From positions 246 to 64,245 of the forward strand of contig JBEIQE010000010.1 of the NCBI GenBank assembly GCA_040376705.1: a stretch of DNA of 64,000 nt, written 5' to 3'. Shown here piece by piece: positions 47,280 to 57,100 of the stretch (position 1 is its first letter; each line of letters begins with the position of its first letter). Source of the DNA: Micavibrio sp. GTDB taxonomy: Bacteria > Pseudomonadota > Alphaproteobacteria > UBA2400. A model generated the notes under the pieces. The model had not been told where the DNA came from and ran no database searches. It saw nothing but the letters and a program-made list of their open reading frames with translations. The position numbers and the translations under genes were made by a program.

Positions 47280-48272
47280 ATGGATCTACTTCTCCAGTCT
47301 CTAAACTCTGACTTTCTGGGCAAAGATGTCTGGATGTGGCTGACTTTTATAACTCTTGTCATTGGCCTTCTGGCTTTCGATCTCGGTGTTTTACATAAAG
47401 AAAACAAGGTAATTGAGGCGCGGGAAAGCCTGCTCTTGTGCGCGGGTTACATCGCTATTGCCCTTCTGTTCGGTATCTGGGTTTGGTGGGAATTGGGAGC
47501 TGAATCCGGCATGAACTACATGACGGGTTTCTTTATCGAGAAGACACTGGCTCTCGATAACATTTTCATCATTTCGCTGATTTTTGCTTATCTGAATATT
47601 CCCCAACAGTATCAGCATAGGGTTTTGTTCTGGGGTATTCTGGGCGTTATCATTCTGCGTGGCATTATGATCGCTCTTGGCGCTACGCTTATTAGTGAAT
47701 TCAGCTGGATTTTGTATATCTTTGGCTTCTTCCTTATACTCACAGGCGTAAAGATGCTTTTTGCGGGTACCGAGCAGGCATCCATAGGCGATAGCAAGCT
47801 GATTGCATTTTTACGTACACGCATGCGGGTTACCGACAAACTCGAAGGTCAAAGTTTCTTTATCCGGCAAGCTGATCCTAAAACAGGCAAGATTGTTCGC
47901 TACGTTACACCGCTATTTCTGGCTCTGCTCATGATTGAATTTGTAGATCTAATTTTTGCGGTAGATTCAATTCCTGCAATCTTCGCGATTACAACTGACC
48001 CCTACATTGTCTACACCAGCAATATATTTGCTATACTTGGCTTGCGGGCTCTCTATTTTGCACTTGCTGCGATGATGCACCGCTTTATTTATCTCAAGTA
48101 TGCGCTTTCTGCCGTTTTGATCTTCATCGGCGGTAAGATATTCTGGAGCCATCTAGTGGGTAAGGTAGAGCCTAGTGTGTCTCTTGGCGTAACAATAGGT
48201 ATTCTTGCTACTGGAATAATCTGGTCGCTTGTCAAAACCCGTCATCAAAAATCGGTCATTGAAGATTCGTAA
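47280..48272 (+). CDS. TerC-family integral membrane protein (Alx-like)
   Basis: 330 aa and multi-TM, with EKTLALDNIFIISLIF and a second DSIPAIFAIT motif (the paired TerC repeats). Confidence 0.85.
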   Translation: MDLLLQSLNSDFLGKDVWMWLTFITLVIGLLAFDLGVLHKENKVIEARESLLLCAGYIAIALLFGIWVWWELGAESGMNYMTGFFIEKTLALDNIFIISLIFAYLNIPQQYQHRVLFWGILGVIILRGIMIALGATLISEFSWILYIFGFFLILTGVKMLFAGTEQASIGDSKLIAFLRTRMRVTDKLEGQSFFIRQADPKTGKIVRYVTPLFLALLMIEFVDLIFAVDSIPAIFAITTDPYIVYTSNIFAILGLRALYFALAAMMHRFIYLKYALSAVLIFIGGKIFWSHLVGKVEPSVSLGVTIGILATGIIWSLVKTRHQKSVIEDS

Positions 48273-48346
48273 ACGGCCTGAACATTACCGGTTACTGCAT
48301 AATTATTGCTTCTTATTGGGTAAACGAGGTTACTGGAGGGAATAAG

Positions 48347-49060
48347 ATGTTTGAGTGGATTTATATGCCAGAGGCATGGATAGCGCTGGCAACACTGACA
48401 ACACTCGAGATCGTTCTTGGCGTTGATAACATCATATTCATTTCCATTCTGGCTGGAAAATTGCCTGAACATCAGCGCAACCTCGCGCGTCAGATTGGTA
48501 TAGCTGTAGCTGCTGTGAGCCGGCTTGTACTGCTGTTTGCTATTGCCTGGATAGTCTCCTTAACCGCTACCGTATTTACGGTGCTTGGCAATGAAATATC
48601 TTGGCGTGACATAATCTTAATCAGCGGCGGCGTATTCCTGATCATGAAGGCCGTCAATGAAATGCATGTCAAGCTCGAGGGAAATAAGAATAATCTGGCA
48701 AGTCAGGCGCAGGCTACATTTGCCTTTGTCATACTGCAGATCATGCTGCTTGATGCAGTATTCGCGCTCGATTCAATCATTACAGCTGTGGGCATGACAG
48801 AGCATATTAGTGTGATGGTCATTGCAGTACTGTTGGCTACAGCAGTTATGGTGTTTCTGGCTAAAGCCATTCACGAATTTGTACAGAGGCACCCGACTGT
48901 AAAGATACTTGCACTGGCCTTCCTCTTGCTAATTGGCGTTGTTCTAATCGCCGATGGGCTTGGCGAGCCGGTGCCAAAGGGTTATCTTTATTTCTCTATG
49001 GCGTTTGCAGTTTTTGTAGAACTCCTCAACATCAGATACAGGAAAGTATCCAGTTCATGA
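48347..49060 (+). CDS. TerC-family integral membrane protein (short, YjbE/YoaE-N-terminal type)
   Basis: 237 aa with LEIVLGVDNIIFISIL and LDAVFALDSIITAVGM motifs. Confidence 0.85.
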   Translation: MFEWIYMPEAWIALATLTTLEIVLGVDNIIFISILAGKLPEHQRNLARQIGIAVAAVSRLVLLFAIAWIVSLTATVFTVLGNEISWRDIILISGGVFLIMKAVNEMHVKLEGNKNNLASQAQATFAFVILQIMLLDAVFALDSIITAVGMTEHISVMVIAVLLATAVMVFLAKAIHEFVQRHPTVKILALAFLLLIGVVLIADGLGEPVPKGYLYFSMAFAVFVELLNIRYRKVSSS

Positions 49061-49157
49061 TGCTGGCTGTGCTGATGGTTATGAGGTCCGAGGAGATTTT
49101 TAGGCTTCCAGCCATTGGATGTGCAGCATAGTATGAGACTGGAGCAGGAGTAGGACT

Positions 49158-49820
49158 ATGGCTGATTTTTCTGATATTCATTGGCTAGAATTATTCACGG
49201 CGCTTGACCATTTCATTTTTAATCTTGCGGTAAATCATGAATTCATGATTTTCGTGATTTTGTTTCTTATTATTTTTCTAGAGACAGCTCTGCTGCCGTT
49301 CACATTCTTCCCGGGGGATTCATTGCTGTTTGTAACTGGTGCGGTAGCGGCTACCGGTGCAGTAGATCCGGTAGTGCTGATGCTGGTTCTAATTTCTGCG
49401 GCCATACTGGGCAATGCAGCTGGTTTCATGCTTGGAAAGTCTCTAGGCAAGCAAATTTACAAACGTGAATATTCTTGGCTGGACCGCGAGAAAATCGATA
49501 AGACTAGGCGCTTTTATGAAAAGCATGGTGCTGTTGCCCTTATCATCGCAAGATTTATTCCGGTAGTTCGGTCTGGCGCACCGCTTGTTGCAGGAGCGGC
49601 GGGAATGCCTGCGGGTAAGTTCCATCTTTACAGCATTATAGGGGCGGCAATCTGGGTAATCAGTCTTGTCGGCGCGGGGCTGCTGTTCGGTGACATTCCC
49701 GCAGTTAAGGATAATCTTGGCATAATCCTGATTCTGGGCATGAGTATTGTTATTGTGCCAATTACGCTTATGGCAGTATGGCAAACGTTAAGAAAAATTG
49801 TCGCACAGGGTAGTAAATAG
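49158..49820 (+). CDS. DedA-family membrane protein
   Basis: 220 aa with FLETALLPFTFFPGDSLLF and ...ARFIPVVRSGAPLVAG motifs. Confidence 0.9.
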   Translation: MADFSDIHWLELFTALDHFIFNLAVNHEFMIFVILFLIIFLETALLPFTFFPGDSLLFVTGAVAATGAVDPVVLMLVLISAAILGNAAGFMLGKSLGKQIYKREYSWLDREKIDKTRRFYEKHGAVALIIARFIPVVRSGAPLVAGAAGMPAGKFHLYSIIGAAIWVISLVGAGLLFGDIPAVKDNLGIILILGMSIVIVPITLMAVWQTLRKIVAQGSK

Positions 49821-49945
49821 CCATCAGAATTTTACTTCGGCATGCTTGATGTCTGTTCTGTAACTATATCGATGAATTGGCACCTTTCCTTCTCACGGAA
49901 GGTCCTTAAAATAGACTAATAGTGTTCACTCGGGAGTTTTGTGAA

Positions 49946-51118
49946 ATGTCGACATCTCTGATGCAGTATCTTGATCGTGCCATGGTCAAACTCGATGACC
50001 TTGGTCTTTTGCCGAAGCAGCAACAAGAAGCCCCTGTAATGGCGTTGATCAAGCAGGTCGCCGAGTATGATCAGGAGAAAATGGCTCTGATCGCCCGGAC
50101 GCTATCACAAACCTCACTTTTTAATGAGGTGGTGCGTGAGCAGGTACAGGAGATGCGCTATGGCGAACGCTATGAGGCTATTGCCGGTATGTTTGATTCC
50201 ATCCGTGACGACGCCAAGGCGATGGTCGATCAGGTTGAGGACGGTAAGCTAGACACTTTCGAGCGGATGTCTAATTTCTGGATGAAAACTACCCGTGGCG
50301 ATATTCCTGAGCGCTTTCGCAAGATCAAGGATACCTATCTTGATGTTTCGGCAGACACGAAGGATCAGATTGCACGCGAGACCATTATCCTTGAGGCCTA
50401 TCAGGATTTTCGAGGCGCTATGAAGCAGGCAGAAATCCTGGCGTTTGAGGTATTGCAGGTAGCTGAAAAGCGGCTGGAAGAGCGGCAGGCCGATCTTAAG
50501 GCCGCTAACGACATTGTTGTTGCCCATCAGGGGACAGATGCAGCAGAGCGGGCGCGACTGGAACTGGCGCGCGATGAAAAGCTGCGTGCCTTGCAGGAGG
50601 AAGATGCGCGCTATCAGATTGCTAAGGACTTATCCGATAACCTCACAGTAGGTTACAATACTTCTGAAGTGGTTATGGCGCGCCTCATGCAGACCACCAG
50701 CGCAAAGAATCGTGTTTATGTTCAATCTGTCAGCTTCTTTGCCACTAATGAGACAGTTCTTACTGCACTTTCAGCCTCATTCACCGGACTGCATGGACTG
50801 CATGAAAGCACCCAGACGCTGAATAAGATGAAAGAAGGCGTGGAAAAATCACTCGAAACTCTGGCCGAGATCGGCAATCGCGTGCAGGAAGAAGCTCTCA
50901 AGGCTGGATATGGCCCGACCGTGCGCGCAGAAGCAGTTAAAAAGCTGGTTGATGCTGTCGTCCAGTATCAGGAGAAATCGCGTGAGATCGTTCTCGAGAT
51001 GCGTAAGCTCTCGACAAAAAATGCCGAGGAAATCCGCGAGATCGTAGAAGATGGCAAGTCGCGCATGGCTAGATTGGCCCGGCAGGATATTCATCGTACC
51101 TCCGCGCTTGTGGCATGA
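49946..51118 (+). CDS. TelA-like toxic-anion-resistance family protein
   Basis: ~390 aa, all-helical, with length and segment pattern (…ERFRKIKDTYLDVSADTKDQI…; …NRVYVQSVSFFATNETVLTAL…) as I remember for TelA/KlaA. ATG 49946 is preceded by GGGAG. The call rests on memory of the family, not a search. Confidence 0.6.
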   Translation: MSTSLMQYLDRAMVKLDDLGLLPKQQQEAPVMALIKQVAEYDQEKMALIARTLSQTSLFNEVVREQVQEMRYGERYEAIAGMFDSIRDDAKAMVDQVEDGKLDTFERMSNFWMKTTRGDIPERFRKIKDTYLDVSADTKDQIARETIILEAYQDFRGAMKQAEILAFEVLQVAEKRLEERQADLKAANDIVVAHQGTDAAERARLELARDEKLRALQEEDARYQIAKDLSDNLTVGYNTSEVVMARLMQTTSAKNRVYVQSVSFFATNETVLTALSASFTGLHGLHESTQTLNKMKEGVEKSLETLAEIGNRVQEEALKAGYGPTVRAEAVKKLVDAVVQYQEKSREIVLEMRKLSTKNAEEIREIVEDGKSRMARLARQDIHRTSALVA

Positions 51119-51507
51119 GTCTGCCTGATTCCAGAAACGCAGAGAAGGAACTCGACGATATCCTGCTGGCGATGGATGTTGTTGATACCTTGCGGCATAG
51201 CTCGCGTGTGGTCGAGCGCGAGCTGGATACAGTTGTTCAGGATGCGCAGCTGCTGGAGCGCTTGCGCACTATTTATGCCGCTCAGGGTCTGGTTGTACCC
51301 GATCATATTTTGCGTGAAGGCGTAACCGCTCTGCGTGAGGACCGCTTTGCCTATAGGCCAGCACCGCCATCTCTCTCGCGTCATCTGGCGGAGTGGTATG
51401 TCAACAATCAGAAGCTGACACCTTTTGTTATTTATGGGGCTCTTCTGCTGCTGCTTGTTGTTGTGGCATCTCTGGTTTTAAGCCTGCTGCCGGTAGGAGT
51501 GCCTTAG
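51115..51507 (+). CDS. hypothetical tail-anchored membrane protein (130 aa)
   Basis: The ATG overlaps the TelA-like stop (ATGA 51115-51118). Soluble helical N-part (…MDVVDTLRHSSRVVEREL…ALREDRFAYRP) and one C-terminal TM (LTPFVIYGALLLLLVVVASLVLSLL). Confidence 0.65.
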   Translation: MSLPDSRNAEKELDDILLAMDVVDTLRHSSRVVERELDTVVQDAQLLERLRTIYAAQGLVVPDHILREGVTALREDRFAYRPAPPSLSRHLAEWYVNNQKLTPFVIYGALLLLLVVVASLVLSLLPVGVP

Positions 51508-51508
51508 C

Positions 51509-52873
51509 ATGGGCCAGAGTGGTGCAGAAATTCTGTCTGACATTGACCGCAAAACCCAGAACGTGCGTGATAATCTTGCGCGGCTGAACGAGAAGGCCAG
51601 CCAGTTGCTGGTAGAGATCGAGCAGGAACGTCAGGTAGAGGCGCAGCTGTACCTGCAACTGGTTCAGGTCAATATATCGCAATCCGGTGCCGGCTCTCTT
51701 CCTGCCTTACTGTCTGAGGCTGAACGTGAAGCGTTTCGTCTGTTCAAAAAGCGTGATGAGCTATTGGCGCGGCTTGATCAGCAGGCTCGGGCAATACAGA
51801 ATTCATTGCATAGGCTTGAAGAAGATAGAGCTGCGAAAACTCATGGTCTTGAGACTGCGCGTTTGGCCTTGGCTGAGCTGCGGCAGGCCATTCTGCCTGA
51901 TCTTAATAACCAGCCTGAATTCAAGGAAATAAACCGGGCTATTAGACAGATCAGTGAGCAGATTGAGCGGGTTGAGCAGAAGATTCCGGTTATTCAGCAG
52001 GATTACCAGCAAAAAATTCTGGCCTATCATGCTGATCCACTGTTCCAGCATTTATGGAAAGTCGAGTACGGTACAAGTGGCTATCGCCGCCAGCGGCTGT
52101 ATCGCCTTCTCGATCAATGGGTCGCTCGTCTGTGCCGGTATGAGCCGGCACGGCGTAACTATGCTGTTCTTTCGGCCTTGCCGCAAAAGTTCGAACAGCA
52201 CAAGCAGCTGTTAATTGATAATCGGGCTCATCAGGTTACAGTAAAGAACAGCTATATCGATAAAGCGGTTATGGCAGCTGGCGGTCAGGCACATCATGAC
52301 CGTATTGAGGTTGTCCAGGCTGAGATACAGGCGCTGGATACAGATATCGCCCAATGCGAAGCAGAGTACAAAGCTGTGCTAAATGAAAAAAGCCTTGTCG
52401 TCTCCGGTCAGCATGCGGCCTCGCAAGCAGCAACTGCAGTGTTGGAGCGATTTTTCAAGAATAAGACTCTTATGCAGTTGAAAATTGATGCGACAGCTTC
52501 ACCTACCCCGGAAGATGATGAAATTATTCGTAATCTCTACTCAACGCAGGAACGCATCCGCGCTAATGAAGTCAGGGTATCAGAGTATCGTGACCTCATC
52601 CTGATGGAGGAGAAACGTCTGGCTGATATCGAGTCAGTAAGGCGAACTTATAAGGATCATCACTATGACAGAGATGTACGCAAGCATGATGGCCAGACTT
52701 TTAGTGTTCTGCTCGGTCAGGTGCTGAGTGGTATTCTGACCAGCCACGTCTTTTGGCGCATCGTGGCCAAGCTGCTTGACGAGGTTTTTGATATCGATGA
52801 TGTCTTTGAGAAGAAGGACCGCAGATATAAAAGATCCGATAATAGAAGGCGTTATGACGATGACGATGATTAA
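51509..52873 (+). CDS. hypothetical coiled-coil protein with C-terminal hydrophobic helix and charged tail (454 aa)
   Basis: ATG 2 nt after the upstream TAG. Long Q/E/R/L-rich heptad-like stretches, the helix FSVLLGQVLSGILTSHVFWRIVAKLL, and the tail KKDRRYKRSDNRRRYDDDDD. Confidence 0.65.
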   Translation: MGQSGAEILSDIDRKTQNVRDNLARLNEKASQLLVEIEQERQVEAQLYLQLVQVNISQSGAGSLPALLSEAEREAFRLFKKRDELLARLDQQARAIQNSLHRLEEDRAAKTHGLETARLALAELRQAILPDLNNQPEFKEINRAIRQISEQIERVEQKIPVIQQDYQQKILAYHADPLFQHLWKVEYGTSGYRRQRLYRLLDQWVARLCRYEPARRNYAVLSALPQKFEQHKQLLIDNRAHQVTVKNSYIDKAVMAAGGQAHHDRIEVVQAEIQALDTDIAQCEAEYKAVLNEKSLVVSGQHAASQAATAVLERFFKNKTLMQLKIDATASPTPEDDEIIRNLYSTQERIRANEVRVSEYRDLILMEEKRLADIESVRRTYKDHHYDRDVRKHDGQTFSVLLGQVLSGILTSHVFWRIVAKLLDEVFDIDDVFEKKDRRYKRSDNRRRYDDDDD

Positions 52874-53095
52874 TCAGGCCACATAACACACCCCTATTTT
52901 TTTGATCAGGCCAATCATACGAATTGAATCGACAGATGAAAATATTCTCGAATGAATCTGAAAGTTACCCAACACTGATACTGCAGAAAAATTATTGGCT
53001 GCTGAATAACGCCACCAGCATCAGCCTGAAATGAGACAGAGAGATTATTGGTAATGCCAGATGATAAGCTAATACCTATAAATAAGTGCATTCAT

Positions 53096-53701
53096 CTAGC
53101 GTATGATTTGAATTGCAATTCCTGTTGCCCCGTATGATTCTTGTTCATAGCTGCATTGTGCAGAAGCCAGGCTGGGAGTAGATATATCGGCTGTCTCTGC
53201 GTAAGACGTGACAAATGGGTCTGTCGCGCCGCCTCCAAAGCGCATCAAATTACCCCGCATGAGAGCGTTTATACGCGGTGCTAGGGTAATACAGGCGCTG
53301 ACAGGAAGTTGGATAGACCAATAGATGTGGTTTGAATTCAATACCAAATCGATCCTCGTTCCCCAGGGCGAGACTGGCGTTGATGGAGTTCCAATCATGT
53401 CTGGCGGAAGAAATGCACTCCAGGCATTTTTATAAATTGAAACGCTACCACCAACCGGGCCATCGGCAAAATATTGAGGTAATGAGATTGGCATATTTTT
53501 GTATGATGAGCGCAGCTGCTCACTGACAAAAGATATCTGCTCCATCAGCCTATTCTGCTTCCTGCTTTCCGAAATACTCGCGGCAGCTGTCCAGATTCCA
53601 CCAATAACCAGGCCCACTACGCCGAGTACGATTGCGGCTTCCACTAGGTTGAAGCCGCGGCGGTAGCGAGAATGACTAGGGGCAGTATCAGCAGGGTACA
53701 T
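53096..53701 (-). CDS. prepilin-type N-terminal cleavage/methylation domain protein (paralogue of 25539-26132)
   Basis: Leader MYPADTAPSHSRYRRG followed by FNLVEAAIVLGVVGLVIGGIW. The first ~25 mature residues are near-identical to the other prepilin; the C-terminal domains differ. Confidence 0.75.
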   Translation of the reverse strand: MYPADTAPSHSRYRRGFNLVEAAIVLGVVGLVIGGIWTAAASISESRKQNRLMEQISFVSEQLRSSYKNMPISLPQYFADGPVGGSVSIYKNAWSAFLPPDMIGTPSTPVSPWGTRIDLVLNSNHIYWSIQLPVSACITLAPRINALMRGNLMRFGGGATDPFVTSYAETADISTPSLASAQCSYEQESYGATGIAIQIIR

Positions 53702-54185
53702 GACGTAGGGATACTCCCTCGCGTATAAATAGTCGATTAGTTTCTGGTGGCTGTAGTAACGCCTGTGGCTCGACGATGAGCGGGTTAATGCCTTTGCCAG
53801 TTAGACGATTGATTAGCTTATCCATCAGAAGCAAGCCTAAACCGATAGCGAGTGCCTCAATTATGCGAGAATGGTTGCAATATAGCCTTTATAGACAATA
53901 TTGTTTGTCTCAAGACAGAAGACTATAGCTGCAAATGCGATCATGCTGACTAAAACGTAATGGTTAGAAACAGCAGGCGCGGTCGCTTTAAGAAATTACT
54001 TGTAGCTCTTAATTGCCCGAAACCGATAGCAGGTGCCAAACACGAATACCGTTAAGCCTGGCTACGTCAGGCATATACCTGCACTAACCCCTGTAAGCTT
54101 GCATAACACGATAAAGAGAATTAGCTCTTGGCTTCGCTTGAGCGCCGAAACATATTTTGCCTGAGAATATAATCAGCGATTTTTT

Positions 54186-57100
54186 TTAATTCTCAGTTAC
54201 GCTTTCCTGATTAACTGATACGCCACGCAAGTAGCTGATATCAAGCTTTTCTAATAAGATTGGGCTGATGCTAAGCAGGCCATCAATTACAGAGAGAGAT
54301 GCACTGGTTGTCTTCGACGACAGATACAAAGCCGAAGCCGCAGCCGTACTCGTTATGGTGTTTTGTGACTGAAGTTGCATGTAATTAGCTACAGGCTCAG
54401 GCATAACATTAAGTAAACTCACAATTTTATAATCACTCAGGAATGAGGTGACGGTCATTACGCCATAGTTATTAGTACGGCTGTAATTGACAAGTCGGTT
54501 GGCGTTATCTGTTGCAGTAGCAGCGATCACATAATTGCCTCTCTCCCCAGTATAAGCAAGCGGCGCATAAACCCAGCTGACGAGCGCATCGTCATAAGCT
54601 GTCAGATTATGATTGCCGGTGAATTGAGGATCAGGATTACCAAATGCCTTACTCTGACTTTGCGTTACTACGCTTAGGGCACGCGGCGTAATTGTAAGCG
54701 TGGTTGCTGGAGTGCTGATAATGTTATAGTTGCTGGTTGAGGCCACGGTTGCAGTTACGCCATAGCTGCCTACGTTTGTGTTATTGTTAACCGCGCCATA
54801 GTTTACGGAAATGCCGCCAGCAAAAAGGCTGTTTGTATCGCTGCCTACAAGTGGACTGAAGATGAAATTACTATAACTCAGCACCGGGTTAGTATCGCCG
54901 TATATCCGGCTGAATGTACTCGCAAAATCGACTGTAACGTCTTTCTTTGTCACGGTGATAGCACTCGCATTATTGCCATAGCTGACCACGTTATAACCCA
55001 TCGCCGAAGCAAGGGTGCCGCTACTATGATTAATATTATAGATACCGGGAACAGATGTGCCCGCTACATAAGTACTAGTGCCTATTAATGTGCCGGTCAG
55101 CACATCAGCAGCTGCATCAGTTCCCAGATAGCCGCTTAAAGCTGCAGTATAATTGCCGGCCGGGCTTGCATCACCATAAGCAATAGTAACTGCTGAAGGC
55201 AAGGCTGTAAGTGTGGGTGTATAGCTATAAAGCACACCATTGCCAGTGCCCAGGGTCGGACAGCTGCCGCCGTAGGTGCACGAGAACCGGCGGAAGTCCG
55301 GGGTCAGACCGGTTAAAGTATCTGAAGACGGATTGGCCGAGTAAATAAGATAGCGTCCGGTGCCCGGATTGATAGAGCCGCCCGTGCTGATGAAGTTACC
55401 TGCAGCTGTGGCCAGCGTGAAACTTGTGCCAGTGCCTGTGCCGAAGGATGTAAGAGCGCCGGTGAGGTTGATGTTACCTGCTGAGAGGAAAGTAACAGGG
55501 TCATTCCAGTTTGACGCCCCGATATTAAGAGGCTGCGTTCCATCAATCCGACCCACAGTAATGTCGCTCCAGTTCATGAAGCGGGCCGTTTCTGCAGAAG
55601 TGAGATTTAAGGTACCTGCAGCGCCAACACCAATCGAAGTGCCAACGAGATAGCCCTGGATAAGCAAGCTACCACTGCCCGTTACATCTGCATTAATGGC
55701 AGGGTTGGCATCCGTGAGAATGGTCAGATTATTGGCACCATGTGTCTGCGCGCCATTTATTGTAATAACGCCAGCACCACTCTGCAGGGTAACCGCATCA
55801 TTCCAGCTTGCTGCATCCACTGTTAAAGCCCCAGTTGATGTTGTCGTGCCAAACACAAGGCTGTTCCAGCCGTTTGTAATGCGGCCCAACTCCAGGCTGT
55901 CGAGATTTAATGTACCTGCTGCACCTGCGAGACCAATAGTGGTGGCGGCGGTATTACTTCCAAAAACAAGAGTACCCGTTCCGGTAAGCGCTGCGTTGAT
56001 AGCCGGATTGGCTGCAGTCGTGAATGCCAAATTATTGGCACCTACAGATTGCGCCCCCGCAATTGTAATAACACCTGTGTTAGATCTGAATGTAACATTG
56101 TCGCGCCAGTTGCTATACGCATTCACTGTCATGTCGGCTGTGCTGGTGTTTGTGCCAAATATCAGCTGGCTCCACCCATTCGTAATCCGATCGAGCTCGG
56201 CAGCCGAAAGAGCAAAATTCCCGGTTGCCCCGGCCAATCCCATAGTGATGTGATTTTGATTGCCCGCCAATGTAAGTGTACCAGTACCTGTAAGGGCTGC
56301 ATTGATGACCGGGTCAACATCACTAAAGATGGCGAGATTGTTGCTCCCCATCGTCTGCTCGCCATTGATGGTAATAATACCTGCGTTAGTGCGGAATGTT
56401 GTATTATCGCGCCATGTATAAGCTCTGTAATCGGCGTTACCGGAATAAAACTCCAGCAGACCCCAGCCATCCGTGAGATAATCCAGCTCGGTACCACTAA
56501 GATTAATAGTACCGACAGCGCCAGTACCGATACCCATAGAAGCAAAACTTGTCTTATATATCCGGAAGTTAGCACTGCCTGAAAGAGCTGCATTAATCGC
56601 GACATCCGCATCTGTGGTGATCTGCAGGTTATTATTGCTCATCGTTTGAGCGCCATTGAAAGTAATCACACCACTGTTTGAATTTAGAAAGAGGGGGTCA
56701 TTCCAGCTCGCGGCATTAAGTGTGATAGCACCAGTTCCTGCGATGCTGCCAAAATTGATGCTACTCCAGCCGTTTGTAATAAAGGCCAGATCGGTAGTGC
56801 TAAGATTAAGCGCGCCAGCAGCGCCAGCAATACCAATGGCTGTAGCGTTATTATTACCCTGGAATGTCAGTGCGCCAGAGCCCGTTACTGCAGCGCCCAG
56901 CGCCACATCACCATCAGTGGTAAAGGTAAGATGGTTGGCTCCCATATTCTGGGGACCATTGATATTGATGTCACCGGTGTTACTGAGGAAGATGACGTGG
57001 TCATTCCAGCTCATGGCACCTACAGAAATAGCTCCAGCATTATTAGCGCGGCCAAAGGTAATGCTGTTCCAGCCATTGGTAATGAAGGCAAGCTCGGCTG

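Noticed and set aside
53702-54300. Contact-dependent inhibition (CdiA-CT toxin plus CdiI immunity) at the end of the TpsA gene.
   Set aside because: There is no VENN or other pre-toxin motif. The C-terminus is MBG-like plus a Ser/Thr-rich tail. The downstream 484 bp holds only broken short frames, not an intact immunity-sized ORF.
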